Shown here: piece after piece, positions 11,353 to 19,505 of the stretch
Layout of the letters: each line of letters opens with the position of its first letter
Position numbering within the stretch: position 1 is the first letter of the stretch
Assembly: GCA_963777955.1 (NCBI GenBank)
Contig: CAVZSQ010000017.1
Location: 96,001 to 160,000 of the forward strand
DNA from: Calditrichia bacterium
GTDB lineage: Bacteria > Calditrichota > Calditrichia > JAJRVZ01
Reading direction: 5' to 3'
Length of the DNA stretch: 64,000 bases
Notes under the pieces: generated by a model
Databases searched by the model: none
Seen by the model: only the letters and a program-made list of their open reading frames with translations
Told to the model about the DNA's origin: nothing
Position numbers and translations under genes: made by a program

Positions 11353-11541
11353 GTGGAGAATATTTGAGAAGAATTAATTATAGATAGAATTGGTTTTGAA
11401 GTTCGCGAATTCATGTTTGAGTCCGGCAGTAGCCGGGCGAGTTTGAATTCGCGAAGGGTTTTTTTGCCTACTTTTTGACCAGACAAAAAGTAGGTCGCCG
11501 AAGGCGAAATAGTTATATAATTAATTAATTTTGGCTCTAAC
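11346..11541 (+). repeat. ORF-less cassette carrying hairpin element copy 2
   Basis: Between two attC sites, no credible + strand ORF, AT-rich leader nearly identical to those at 12994 and 17303. Confidence 0.85.
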
Positions 11542-11628
11542 AAACATTTGTTGTGGACGCCGAACCGACCAGCTTGAAATATAGAATATGCTAAGCCATC
11601 AGGCGCCTGTGACTTTTTGTCATTAAAC
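11535..11628 (+). repeat. attC (degenerate R', ATTAAAC)
   Basis: CTCTAAC-AAACATTTG...GTGACTTTTTGTC-ATTAAAC. Confidence 0.6.
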
Positions 11629-11640
11629 TTAGGACAATTT

Positions 11641-12085
11641 ATGAGAATATTTTATCTTTTAATTGTGCTTATTTCATTTTTTTCGAAAATCTTTGCTCAA
11701 ACTGAATCTGATTCTATTACTGTAACTGCGCTCGCCAGATCAGAAATTTCAATAATACAACTATTAGCTGATCTGGGGAAAATATCATAATTATGAGATC
11801 ATTGTTTCCGGATTTATGCACTTAAATTTTGAAGATCATGCTATTTATTTTTCCAAAAATCATGCAGATTTTTTGATTGGATCTGATGCTTTTTGGATTG
11901 ATTTTTCTGATACAGTAAAAGTTTTCGATATGGATATTAGTAATTCTAAAGTTGTTGGATTGAAAGATTTGAAAAATTTGAATAATAAATATGTAACTCT
12001 AAAAGGAATTTTTAATAAAAATAATAATGGACATCTAGCTTCATACTCAGGTGCTATAGAAAATATTACTGAAATACATGAGTGA
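11641..12085 (+). CDS. Cassette secreted hypothetical protein (frameshift near 11780)
   Basis: Signal peptide 'MRIFYLL...IFAQ', 'SIIQLLAD', continuing in another frame 'KYHNYEIIVSGFMHLNFE...YVTLKGIF...GHLASYSGAI'. Confidence 0.65.
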
Positions 12086-12177
12086 TTTAAAGACGGTATG
12101 ATGGATCTAAAGAATTAATTGGTATTGATAAAGCAACCGGTAAACTCGTACCTCTTGATTCAACAACAAATAAATAA

Positions 12178-12273
12178 GTCTAACCTGGGTATAAAGTTAA
12201 ACCTTCACGCGCCGGCTTTTCGCTAAGTTAAGTTATGTCAAGCGTTCGATCAACTTATACTTTGCAGATAAGC
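12178..12273 (+). repeat. attC (R' = GATAAGC)
   Basis: GTCTAAC..GTATAAAGTT...AACTTATAC..GATAAGC. Confidence 0.65.
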
Positions 12274-12304
12274 CCATTAATTAAAAATAAATTATTATAA
12301 AAAA

Positions 12305-12921
12305 ATGATTATTGAGACAAATACGATCAAATTAACTGAATTTAGTTAAAATGATGTCAAAGATATTATAAATCAATTAAATAATTCAAACTGTGAAATT
12401 ATAATTTTAGGTAAATCAAAATACGAATTTATTCAAGGTGCAAATAATGAGAATAAAGAATTTCAAATAGAAATTAGTGAACAAAAAAATAATGTGATAG
12501 AGTTCGTCGAACAATTAGATACATTTTATAATTAATGAAGTCAAAACACTTTTTATTCAATATTATAGAAATGATTCGACTTGGACTGAGAAATTTAAAA
12601 TGGAAGATTATATTAATAAGAAATGGTTACTTTTTAAGTGATAGTGCTAGAAAGGTATGCTTAATATTTGGTGCAATTTTACTCGTGGTGTACTTCGCTA
12701 TTCGTATAAATATTCCTGATAGTTCGTTAAGAAATATTTTGGGATTAAAGTGGTACTATTATCTGACCATATGTTGAAGTTTAATTTCTCTTGGGACTGG
12801 TCATGAGTTAAAAAACTTGAAAAATAATGAGGGAAATAACCAGGTTTATACAGTTGGAACGTGGATTGCGACAGCAATTTTACTTATAGTAAGTTTTTTG
12901 TCATTAGTTGGCATCATTTAA
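12305..12921 (+). pseudogene. Degraded cassette gene (membrane protein)
   Basis: Several in-frame stops and shifts; fragment 12535-12777 and a hydrophobic tail ending just before the next attC. Confidence 0.5.
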
Positions 12922-13000
12922 ATCTATCACCGGCCTCAACCAGATTCTGGCTTTGCCTGCCTGGCGACAGGTCGGGGCCGGTTATGCCTGGTCGTTAAAG
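12922..13000 (+). repeat. attC (R'' = ATCTATC)
   Basis: ATCTATC-ACCGGCCTCAACC...CCGGTTATGCCTGGTC-GTTAAAG. Confidence 0.75.
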
Positions 13001-13167
13001 GTGGAAAATATTTGAGAAGAATTAATTAAAAATAGAATTGGTTTTGAAGTTCGGTAGCCGGACGAGTTTGAATTGGTCGCAGATCCTTTTGCTGACTTTT
13101 TGGCCAGTCAAAAAGTAAGCCGCCGGAGGCGGGAATAAGTTTATAAGAAATCAAATTTGGCTCTAAC
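12994..13167 (+). repeat. ORF-less cassette carrying hairpin element copy 3 (5' arm of hairpin 1 deleted)
   Basis: Same leader as 11346 and same tail as 10581; lacks most of CGAATTCATGTTTGAGTCCGGC. Confidence 0.85.
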
Positions 13168-13278
13168 AAACATTTGTAGTGGACGGCGAACCGACAAGCA
13201 AGAATTGTAAATTTTGTGGTAAGTGGCTTACCACCACTAAAATATACCATCGCAAGGTAACTTTATTTTTCATTAGGA
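13161..13278 (+). repeat. attC (right end uncertain)
   Basis: CTCTAAC-AAACATTTGTAGTGG...CCACTAAAAT; probable R' ATTAGGA at 13272. Confidence 0.6.
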
Positions 13279-13282
13279 ATCT

Positions 13283-13822
13283 ATGGAGACAGATCTTAAG
13301 AAGATAAAGCATTTCGGCGAAAGACGTAGGAGAGAAAATTTTGCTTTTCGAGCATTTTTGAAAAACCTTGATATCAGTACAAAGAAATTAGATACACTTG
13401 TTTGTACTATTTTTCATGAAGTTTCATCTCAAATTGATTGTAAGAAATGTGCCAATTGCTGTAAACAGATGAAAATTATTTTAACAAATCAAGATATAAG
13501 AAGATTAGCAGATGGGCTAGATCTTCAATTAAAATCATTTAAAAACCAATACACAAGTTTAAGTGAAGATAAATCTGAGATCTATTTTAGTAAAATACCA
13601 TGTCCACTTTTAAAAGATAATCTTTGCTCAAAATATAAGTTCAGACCTACAGATTGTCGTTCATTTCCTCATCTGGAAAAACGAATATTTGTGTCAAGAC
13701 TCTGGGATGTTGTAGATAATTATTCGATCTGCCCGATTGTTTTTAATGTATATGAAATTCTCAAGAATAATTTATGTCCATATAAGGAATATGATATTTA
13801 TAACGAATATGAAATGTATTAA
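13283..13822 (+). CDS. YkgJ-family cysteine-cluster (CxxCxxCC) protein
   Basis: 'CKKCANCC', 'CPLLKDNLCSKYKFRPTDCRSFP'. Confidence 0.9.
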   Translation: METDLKKIKHFGERRRRENFAFRAFLKNLDISTKKLDTLVCTIFHEVSSQIDCKKCANCCKQMKIILTNQDIRRLADGLDLQLKSFKNQYTSLSEDKSEIYFSKIPCPLLKDNLCSKYKFRPTDCRSFPHLEKRIFVSRLWDVVDNYSICPIVFNVYEILKNNLCPYKEYDIYNEYEMY

Positions 13823-13827
13823 AATCT

Positions 13828-13914
13828 ACCTAACAAGTGCTTCAAATCGGACGCCGAACCAATAAGCATGAATTGCTAAATTGGTGTGACGGCTCTTCCG
13901 CCGCGCCGTTAGAC
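13828..13914 (+). repeat. attC
   Basis: ACCTAAC...CCGCGCC-GTTAGAC. Confidence 0.75.
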
Positions 13915-13943
13915 GCGCTTTCATATTAAAAATCAATTTATAT

Positions 13944-13972
13944 TTGAAATAGCAAAAGAAAACCCATAAAAT
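13944..13972 (+). promoter_or_regulatory. Sigma70-like promoter of the TA cassette
   Basis: TTGAAA-17 bp-TAAAAT, ATG 5 nt downstream. Confidence 0.6.
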
Positions 13973-13977
13973 TATAT

Positions 13978-14229
13978 ATGCCTACGATTCTTTTTATAGA
14001 TGGGTGGCGTTTTTTCTTCTACTCAAATGAGAAGAGGGAACCCATACATGTTCATGTGCAGAAGGGAGAGAAAGAGTGCAAATATTGGTTGGATCGTATT
14101 AATTTTGAAGTTACCGAAGCGTATTCATTTCAAATGAATAATAGAGACAAACGTATAGTAAAAAAGATTATATTTGAATACTTTGAAGTGATTGAAAAAG
14201 AATGGGACAAGTTTCAAGAGAGTAAATAA
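13978..14229 (+). CDS. DUF4160 protein (putative TA component)
   Basis: 'MPTILFIDGWRFFFYSNE.REPIHVHV..GEKECKYWL'. Confidence 0.88.
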   Translation: MPTILFIDGWRFFFYSNEKREPIHVHVQKGEKECKYWLDRINFEVTEAYSFQMNNRDKRIVKKIIFEYFEVIEKEWDKFQESK

Positions 14230-14230
14230 A

Positions 14231-14494
14231 ATGAAAATATATCATCGTATAAAGAATATTCGATTTCAAGAGGATAGACTTGTAATCAATATTGATAATA
14301 AAAATTATTCGTTTGAATTAATAAAAATATCCAAAAAGTTGCTGAATGCCACAAAAAAAGATAGAAATCAATATATTATTTCTCCATCAGGTTATGGAAT
14401 TAATTGGCCGACGTTAGAAGAAGATCTATCAATAGATGGATTGTTAGGAATAATTCATAAACCAACAGCAGTAAAGAAACAGCTATCATTTTAA
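14231..14494 (+). CDS. DUF2442 protein (putative TA partner)
   Basis: 'ISPSGYGINWPTLEEDLSIDGLLG'; adjacent to DUF4160. Confidence 0.88.
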   Translation: MKIYHRIKNIRFQEDRLVINIDNKNYSFELIKISKKLLNATKKDRNQYIISPSGYGINWPTLEEDLSIDGLLGIIHKPTAVKKQLSF

Positions 14495-14499
14495 GGTAC

Positions 14500-14562
14500 G
14501 TCTAACACCGGCCTCAACCGAATCCCGACAAAGTCGGGACCGATTATGCCGCGCCGTTAGAA
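14500..14562 (+). repeat. attC (short, canonical)
   Basis: GTCTAAC..TCCCGAC-AAA-GTCGGGA..GTTAGAA. Confidence 0.85.
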
Positions 14563-14566
14563 GGAA

Positions 14567-14980
14567 ATGAGAATGGGAACACTACTTCATAAATGCATGG
14601 TTAAGGCGACAATTAAAGAAGGTGAGAAGATTCGTAGTTCATTGAATTGGGCTTTTTCACGAAGAGAAATGCTTTATGTGATGTCTGATTCATTAAGATG
14701 CGGTGATTGGGAAATACCGTATTCGGAAATCGAGGATTCAAAAATTTATTCTGTACCATGGCTTTTTACTAATGCCTATGTACTTGTAGTGAAAATCAAG
14801 GGACAAATATATCAATTTGGATTAAATCCAGGACGATTTTGGAAAGGAGATCTTCCTTTTCCAGTGAAACGAGAAACTCTAGATAATCGATATTGGAATA
14901 TTGTTAATCTTATCAGAATTATTATATTTGGTCTCTTAGCTTATTGGATCATAAATGAAATAATTAAAAAATACTTCTAA
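14567..14980 (+). CDS. Cassette hypothetical protein with C-terminal TM helix
   Basis: ORF fills the cassette; stop codon overlaps R'' TTCTAAC. Confidence 0.75.
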   Translation: MRMGTLLHKCMVKATIKEGEKIRSSLNWAFSRREMLYVMSDSLRCGDWEIPYSEIEDSKIYSVPWLFTNAYVLVVKIKGQIYQFGLNPGRFWKGDLPFPVKRETLDNRYWNIVNLIRIIIFGLLAYWIINEIIKKYF

Positions 14981-15069
14981 CAATGGCATCAACCGGACGC
15001 CCAGCCGACTAGCGTGAATTGCTAAAATATGTTAAGTGGCTGGTCGCCGGTTATGCCTGGTCGGCGGAC
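14975..15069 (+). repeat. attC whose right end is joined to non-canonical sequence (G|GCGGAC)
   Basis: TTCTAAC..GGCATCAACCGG...CCGGTTATGCCTGGTC-G. Confidence 0.75.
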
Positions 15070-15089
15070 AGAGGGATCAGAGCAAGCGC

Positions 15090-15503
15090 ATGTGGTTGAC
15101 CGACGGGATACGTAGCCTCGTTGCCCGATACAGGTTCAATCGGACCTATGGGCGGCACCTGGGTGTCCTGTCGGTCACGGACGAGAAGCTGGCGCTCGGC
15201 CGCTACCGCTTGCATGGCACGACGACCGTTCTCGAGAACGACTGGCGCGTACCCTGGCAGAAGATCAGAAAGATCCAAGCGTACAAGCGGGACTGCTATA
15301 TCGTGGACCTCATCTGTCTCGCCCTCGAAACCGAAGATGGCCGGCAGTTCGAGGTCAACGAGGAGATGGATGGCTGGCGGGAGATGCAGGGCGCACTGGC
15401 GGCACGGTTCGGAATCCAAGAGGACGCGTGGTTCGTAGAGGTCGCTGTTCCCGCGTTCGCGACGAATCTGAAGACACTCTGGGCACGTGAAGGAGAAGCG
15501 TAG
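15090..15503 (+). CDS. High-GC hypothetical protein in the cassette array
   Basis: GC-ending codons; 'VPWQKIRKIQAYKRD...EVNEEMDGW...VAVPAFATN'. Confidence 0.75.
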   Translation: MWLTDGIRSLVARYRFNRTYGRHLGVLSVTDEKLALGRYRLHGTTTVLENDWRVPWQKIRKIQAYKRDCYIVDLICLALETEDGRQFEVNEEMDGWREMQGALAARFGIQEDAWFVEVAVPAFATNLKTLWAREGEA

Positions 15504-15547
15504 GTGGCATTCACCGGAGGCGGAATAAGTCAAAACTAATAAATTAA

Positions 15548-15608
15548 CTCTAACACTTCAGTCCACAGGACCTGCTTTAAGCAGGCCGGTGACTTTCGGT
15601 CATTAGTA
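15548..15608 (+). repeat. attC (degenerate R', ATTAGTA)
   Basis: CTCTAAC..AGTCCAC..CCTGC/GCAGG..GTGACT. Confidence 0.75.
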
Positions 15609-15625
15609 TACATTTTAGGAGAGAT

Positions 15626-16174
15626 ATGACAAAATCCTTCATTTCTATTTTAGTTATACTTCTATTTTATTCATGTTCAAAACCGATAGCGAATCTACAA
15701 CCCACTCAAAATGGAAGCTATTTCATAAAAGATTTCGGTTTTGAAATTACTTTACCTGAAAGTTGGATTCACAGCGAGGTAACAAGAAACGGCTCTGTTA
15801 CAGATTATAATTTTGTAAGAAAAGGAATTAAAGACAATACTGGATTATTAGTTTCACCATTTATTGGTATTATGTGTGAAAAGGTTACGAAGGATTTAAA
15901 TGTTCTTTTTTATTCAATGGCAAAAAGAGCACAATTTGTACCTTGGAATTTAGAAACTGTACTTACTGCTGAGAGTAAGGATTTCCCACTTGTGTATGGA
16001 ATTGGGTATATCGGTACATATAATGATGCAAACAATTTAGAACATAAAATTATTATTCTACATATGATAAATGACACAAATGGAATTCAAATAATAATTG
16101 ATGGGACTACTTCAATTTATGAAATCATGAAAAATGAATATTTAAGTATTATTTCATCAATTGTTTTAAAATAG
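15626..16174 (+). CDS. Cassette lipoprotein, hypothetical
   Basis: AGGAG RBS, lipobox 'FYSC', 'FGFEITLPESW'. Confidence 0.75.
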   Translation: MTKSFISILVILLFYSCSKPIANLQPTQNGSYFIKDFGFEITLPESWIHSEVTRNGSVTDYNFVRKGIKDNTGLLVSPFIGIMCEKVTKDLNVLFYSMAKRAQFVPWNLETVLTAESKDFPLVYGIGYIGTYNDANNLEHKIIILHMINDTNGIQIIIDGTTSIYEIMKNEYLSIISSIVLK

Positions 16175-16180
16175 TATGAA

Positions 16181-16241
16181 TGCTAACACTGGCCCCAACC
16201 GGACCTGCCTGAAGCAGGCCGGTTATGCCTGGTCGATAGAA
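16181..16241 (+). repeat. attC (R' = GATAGAA)
   Basis: TGCTAAC..CAACCGG-ACCTGC/GCAGG-CCGGTTATGCC..GATAGAA. Confidence 0.8.
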
Positions 16242-16250
16242 TGAAATAAG

Positions 16251-17096
16251 TTGAATTTATTGCCTATGCAAGACTATCAATATAGTAAAATGGCTAGAAA
16301 GAAATTTGCATATACTGTAATATATCTCCTAATATTATTTCATATTCTTGTGCTTATAATTATCCCAGTACTATTCGCTACTAATAAAGAGTTTGGATCA
16401 CAGGTACAAGGCGTTGTACATGGGTATATTGTATTTTATAATGCTATGATTGAGTGGGAGAATATGTACTTGGTTTTAGTTATGTGTAGCGCAATAGTTA
16501 TTGCAATAGTCGTTGAACTAATATTATTAATAATTCAGTATAATATTCACCAAATAAAATTAAAGAAAATAATAATTATAGTTTCCACTTGCTTTACAAT
16601 AGTTACAATTGATTTTATATTAGAGCACCCAACATTATTAGGATATGATATATTATTTCCGAAGTCAATTATTACTAAGTATGAATATGCATCGAATGAG
16701 TATAATAATTCTCTTGCTCCTGAAGACAAATATGAAATATACAACTTACTTATCAAATTCCCTTCTGATGTTTTTATATATGATAGTCTTCATAATAATG
16801 CTGGATTTAGGGGTTTATGGAGGCAGTACAGTATACCAATTGATCCCGATGTCCAAAGTATATTTAGAGAATATTGGGCGAAAACCAATGGTAAAGGTAA
16901 ATTTATTTCGAAATATTCATTAGAAGATCATGGTTGTCGTTTTGTATTTTCTCCAATAAAAAAAATTGGAAATAAAATAATTATAGGATGTGCGTATACA
17001 TGTGCTCCGCTTATAGGAAAAGGTTGGTATAGTGAAATAGAGAAAGTCAATAATAAATGGATTATTATAAAAGAACATCTTCTATGGGTATCTTAA
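16251..17096 (+). CDS. Cassette membrane protein (3 N-terminal TM segments + soluble domain)
   Basis: Hydrophobic segments; C-terminal 'CAPLIGKGW...KVNNKWII..LLWVS'. Start uncertain. Confidence 0.7.
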   Translation: MNLLPMQDYQYSKMARKKFAYTVIYLLILFHILVLIIIPVLFATNKEFGSQVQGVVHGYIVFYNAMIEWENMYLVLVMCSAIVIAIVVELILLIIQYNIHQIKLKKIIIIVSTCFTIVTIDFILEHPTLLGYDILFPKSIITKYEYASNEYNNSLAPEDKYEIYNLLIKFPSDVFIYDSLHNNAGFRGLWRQYSIPIDPDVQSIFREYWAKTNGKGKFISKYSLEDHGCRFVFSPIKKIGNKIIIGCAYTCAPLIGKGWYSEIEKVNNKWIIIKEHLLWVS

Positions 17097-17214
17097 ACGT
17101 TATACAACTAAAATCGTTATATGAAATAAAAGTAATATATAAAAACAAATTGCCGGATTAATATCAATTAATTCTGATGACTAACAAAATTATGCTGATA
17201 TAATTGATTTTATT

Positions 17215-17309
17215 TACTAACACCGGCCTCAACCGGACGCCCAGCCGACTAGAGTGAAATGCTAAGTTGGGTTAAGTGGCTGGTCGCCGGTTATCCCTGG
17301 TCGATAGAA
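17215..17309 (+). repeat. attC (R' = GATAGAA)
   Basis: TACTAAC..., near-identical to the 14975 site. Confidence 0.8.
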
Positions 17310-17560
17310 GTGGAAAATATTTGAGGAGAATTAATTAAAAATAGAATTGGTTTTGAAGTTCGCGAATTCATGTTTGAGTCCGGCAGTAGCCGGACGAGTT
17401 TGAATTCGTCGCAAATTTTTTTGCCTGTTCCTCGCTAGAGTTTATCCCGTTGAAAAACGGGACGGGGACAAGTTTTGGCCAGACAATAAAAATGCCCCCG
17501 CGAAAGCGGGGGTAGGCCGCCGGAGGCGAAATAATTCTAAATTACACGAATTTGACTCTA
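17303..17560 (+). repeat. Empty-cassette backbone with hairpin element copy 4, carrying two inserted mini-hairpins
   Basis: Aligns with 11346-11541 except inserts at about 17427-17472 and 17487-17512; ends at CTCTA with no attC. Confidence 0.85.
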
Positions 17561-17573
17561 CGGATCAACGGGT

Positions 17574-17962
17574 ATGACTAAACAGCAAGCGATTTCCGTC
17601 GCAACATTGAAGGCAATTGTTGATGCGTTCAACGCCCACGACCTGGACGCCATCATGGAGTTCTTTGCCGACGATTGCTCGTTAGACATGCCTCGGGGAC
17701 CGGATCCCTGGGGTAAACCTTCACGGGCAAAGCAGCCGTGCGAGAAGGCTTAGCGATACGCTTCAAGGATCTCCCGGACGTTCACTACAGTGACGACCGG
17801 CACTGGGTCAGCGGCAACATGGGCATGTCCGAATGGCTACTAACCGGCACAACGCCCGACGGAGTCCGAATTGAGGTACGTGGATGCGACCATTGGGAAT
17901 TCCGAGAAGGGAAGGTAATTAAGAAAGACTCGTACTGGAAGATCGTTGATAAATCCCTGTGA
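17574..17962 (+). CDS. SnoaL-like/NTF2 family protein (frameshift near 17718)
   Basis: 'IVDAFNAHDLDAIMEFFADDC...PRGPDPWG' joined to 'VREGLA.RF...EVRGCD.WEFREGKVIKKDSYWK'. Confidence 0.85.
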
Positions 17963-17971
17963 GTGTCAGCG

Positions 17972-18749
17972 CTCTAACATGATATGTAAGTGTGAACCCG
18001 AAGCATAGTAGATTTATAAATTATTGGCTTATTTCTTTATTATGATGATCAGATTGATGAGCCTTAAAGAATCATCCAAAATTTTGGAAAAATTTATGGA
18101 GAAGGTAAGTTTGTTTTTTATCTTCGCTAAAGGCTTCAAAGGGTGAATGCCGACTTCTAGGCGATTATTTTCCACGGCGACAGTTTAACCCTAATGATTC
18201 TGTAACAGTCGGTTTTGAGATGTGGTATGAGTTTTATCACGGCTAACCGTAATAGTATTTCGACCATAAAGGAAAAGCAGGATGTCGACGAGCGTATCTC
18301 ACATTCATTACTTTTCAACCAGATCGAATGAAGTAATTTTCATTACAGGTTCGTTTCAATCATGGATTTTAGGGGATGGAATAAATTAACATTATATGTG
18401 GCCTATAAGATTATCGATTTAAAGATGCTGCAAGATAGAATACTTTATGAATTCAGTTCAAGGATTAATGAAGAATTGTCACCCATTACCATTGGTCGTG
18501 GTGTGATATCATGTATATTTTATACAAGTATAATGGACATTTTGGGAAATTTACCATGGTTCCTCCGTGCATCCAAATTTATGCGCCACAATATTATTGC
18601 AATAATTGCAAAAGATACTACGCTCCCACAGATGTCATTTCAGCGAAACTAGAAGGTATTATTATTTATTTGGATATAGAATATCTGAAAATGATCAAGA
18701 TAGAATATTATTTTCAAATATTTTTGATGTTGTTAAAGAATAAAGGTTC
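17972..18749 (+). pseudogene. Truncated attC (CTCTAAC) followed by decayed cassette sequence
   Basis: Only short fragmentary ORFs; no recognisable R'. Confidence 0.4.
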
Positions 18750-18811
18750 GCCGATCACCTTAGTCCACTGGATCCCGACCTGTCGGGGCTAGTGACTTTC
18801 GGTCGTTGGGC
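18750..18811 (+). repeat. attC (degenerate R'', GCCGATC)
   Basis: AGTCCACTGG-ATCCCGAC/GTCGGG..AGTGACT..GTTGGGC. Confidence 0.75.
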
Positions 18812-18831
18812 ACTAGTAAATAGAGATATAT

Positions 18832-19200
18832 ATGAAATCCTACACACCGATAAACTTAAAAGAAAAACTATTAAAAATAGGGGAATTGTGGTCCCCGAAA
18901 GTAATTGCAGAGATAAATGATTACCAAATAAAATTAGTAAATATAATGGGTGAATTTGTCTGGCATGACCATAAAGAAACCGATGAAGTGTTTATTGTCC
19001 TTTCTGGTGAGATGATTATTGAATTTAGGGATGGTATAGCCCACCTTAATACAGGTGAGTTATTTGTTGTTAAAAAAGGAATCGAACATCGTCCTCGAGC
19101 AAAAGATATCTGTAAAATCATGGTAATAGAGCCTCGGGATGTAGTAAATACTGGTGATGCTGGGGGTACATTAACTGCACAAAATAATATATGGATCTAG
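18832..19200 (+). CDS. Cupin domain protein
   Basis: 'GEFVWHDHKETDEVFIVLSG...GELFVVKKGIEHRP'. Confidence 0.92.
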   Translation: MKSYTPINLKEKLLKIGELWSPKVIAEINDYQIKLVNIMGEFVWHDHKETDEVFIVLSGEMIIEFRDGIAHLNTGELFVVKKGIEHRPRAKDICKIMVIEPRDVVNTGDAGGTLTAQNNIWI

Positions 19201-19232
19201 CGCCAGAACGTTAAAATTAAAATTAATTGGAT

Positions 19233-19388
19233 TGTCCCGTCAGGGACAAAATATTTGTGGAAAAACAATGTCACCCTAATTTATGTATAGTGCCGTCAGG
19301 CCTGGCGGGAAATATGTCGTCCCTGGCGGGACTACAACAAATTATGGGAGATTTTTCGATCTAGAAATATTTCATCCCTGACGGGATG
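19233..19388. repeat. REP/REPIN-like cluster of four short palindromes
   Basis: GTCCCGTCAGGGAC, GTGCCGTCAGGC, GTCCCTGGCGGGAC, ATCCCTGACGGGAT in inverted pairs. Confidence 0.7.
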
Positions 19389-19443
19389 TTGATTGATAAT
19401 CATTAATATTTAATTACGTTAAAAAAGGGAATCTTTGCATTGC

Positions 19444-19505
19444 GTCTAACACCGCAGTCCACTGGGTCCGCCAGCTGGCGGGCCAGTGACTTTCGGTAGT
19501 TAGAC
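19444..19505 (+). repeat. attC (canonical)
   Basis: GTCTAAC..AGTC[C]ACTGG..CCGCC/GGCGG..CCAGTGACT..GTTAGAC. Confidence 0.9.

Noticed and set aside
11364..11390. Sigma70 promoter in the empty-cassette leader (TTGAGA...TAGAAT)
   Set aside because: Spacing is 15 bp in all three copies, which is too short to call with confidence; not excluded experimentally.
11334..13250. Minus-strand ORFs 11334-11543 and 13026-13250 as a small-protein family
   Set aside because: They are antisense translations of the hairpin element; frames are not kept across copies, while base pairing is.
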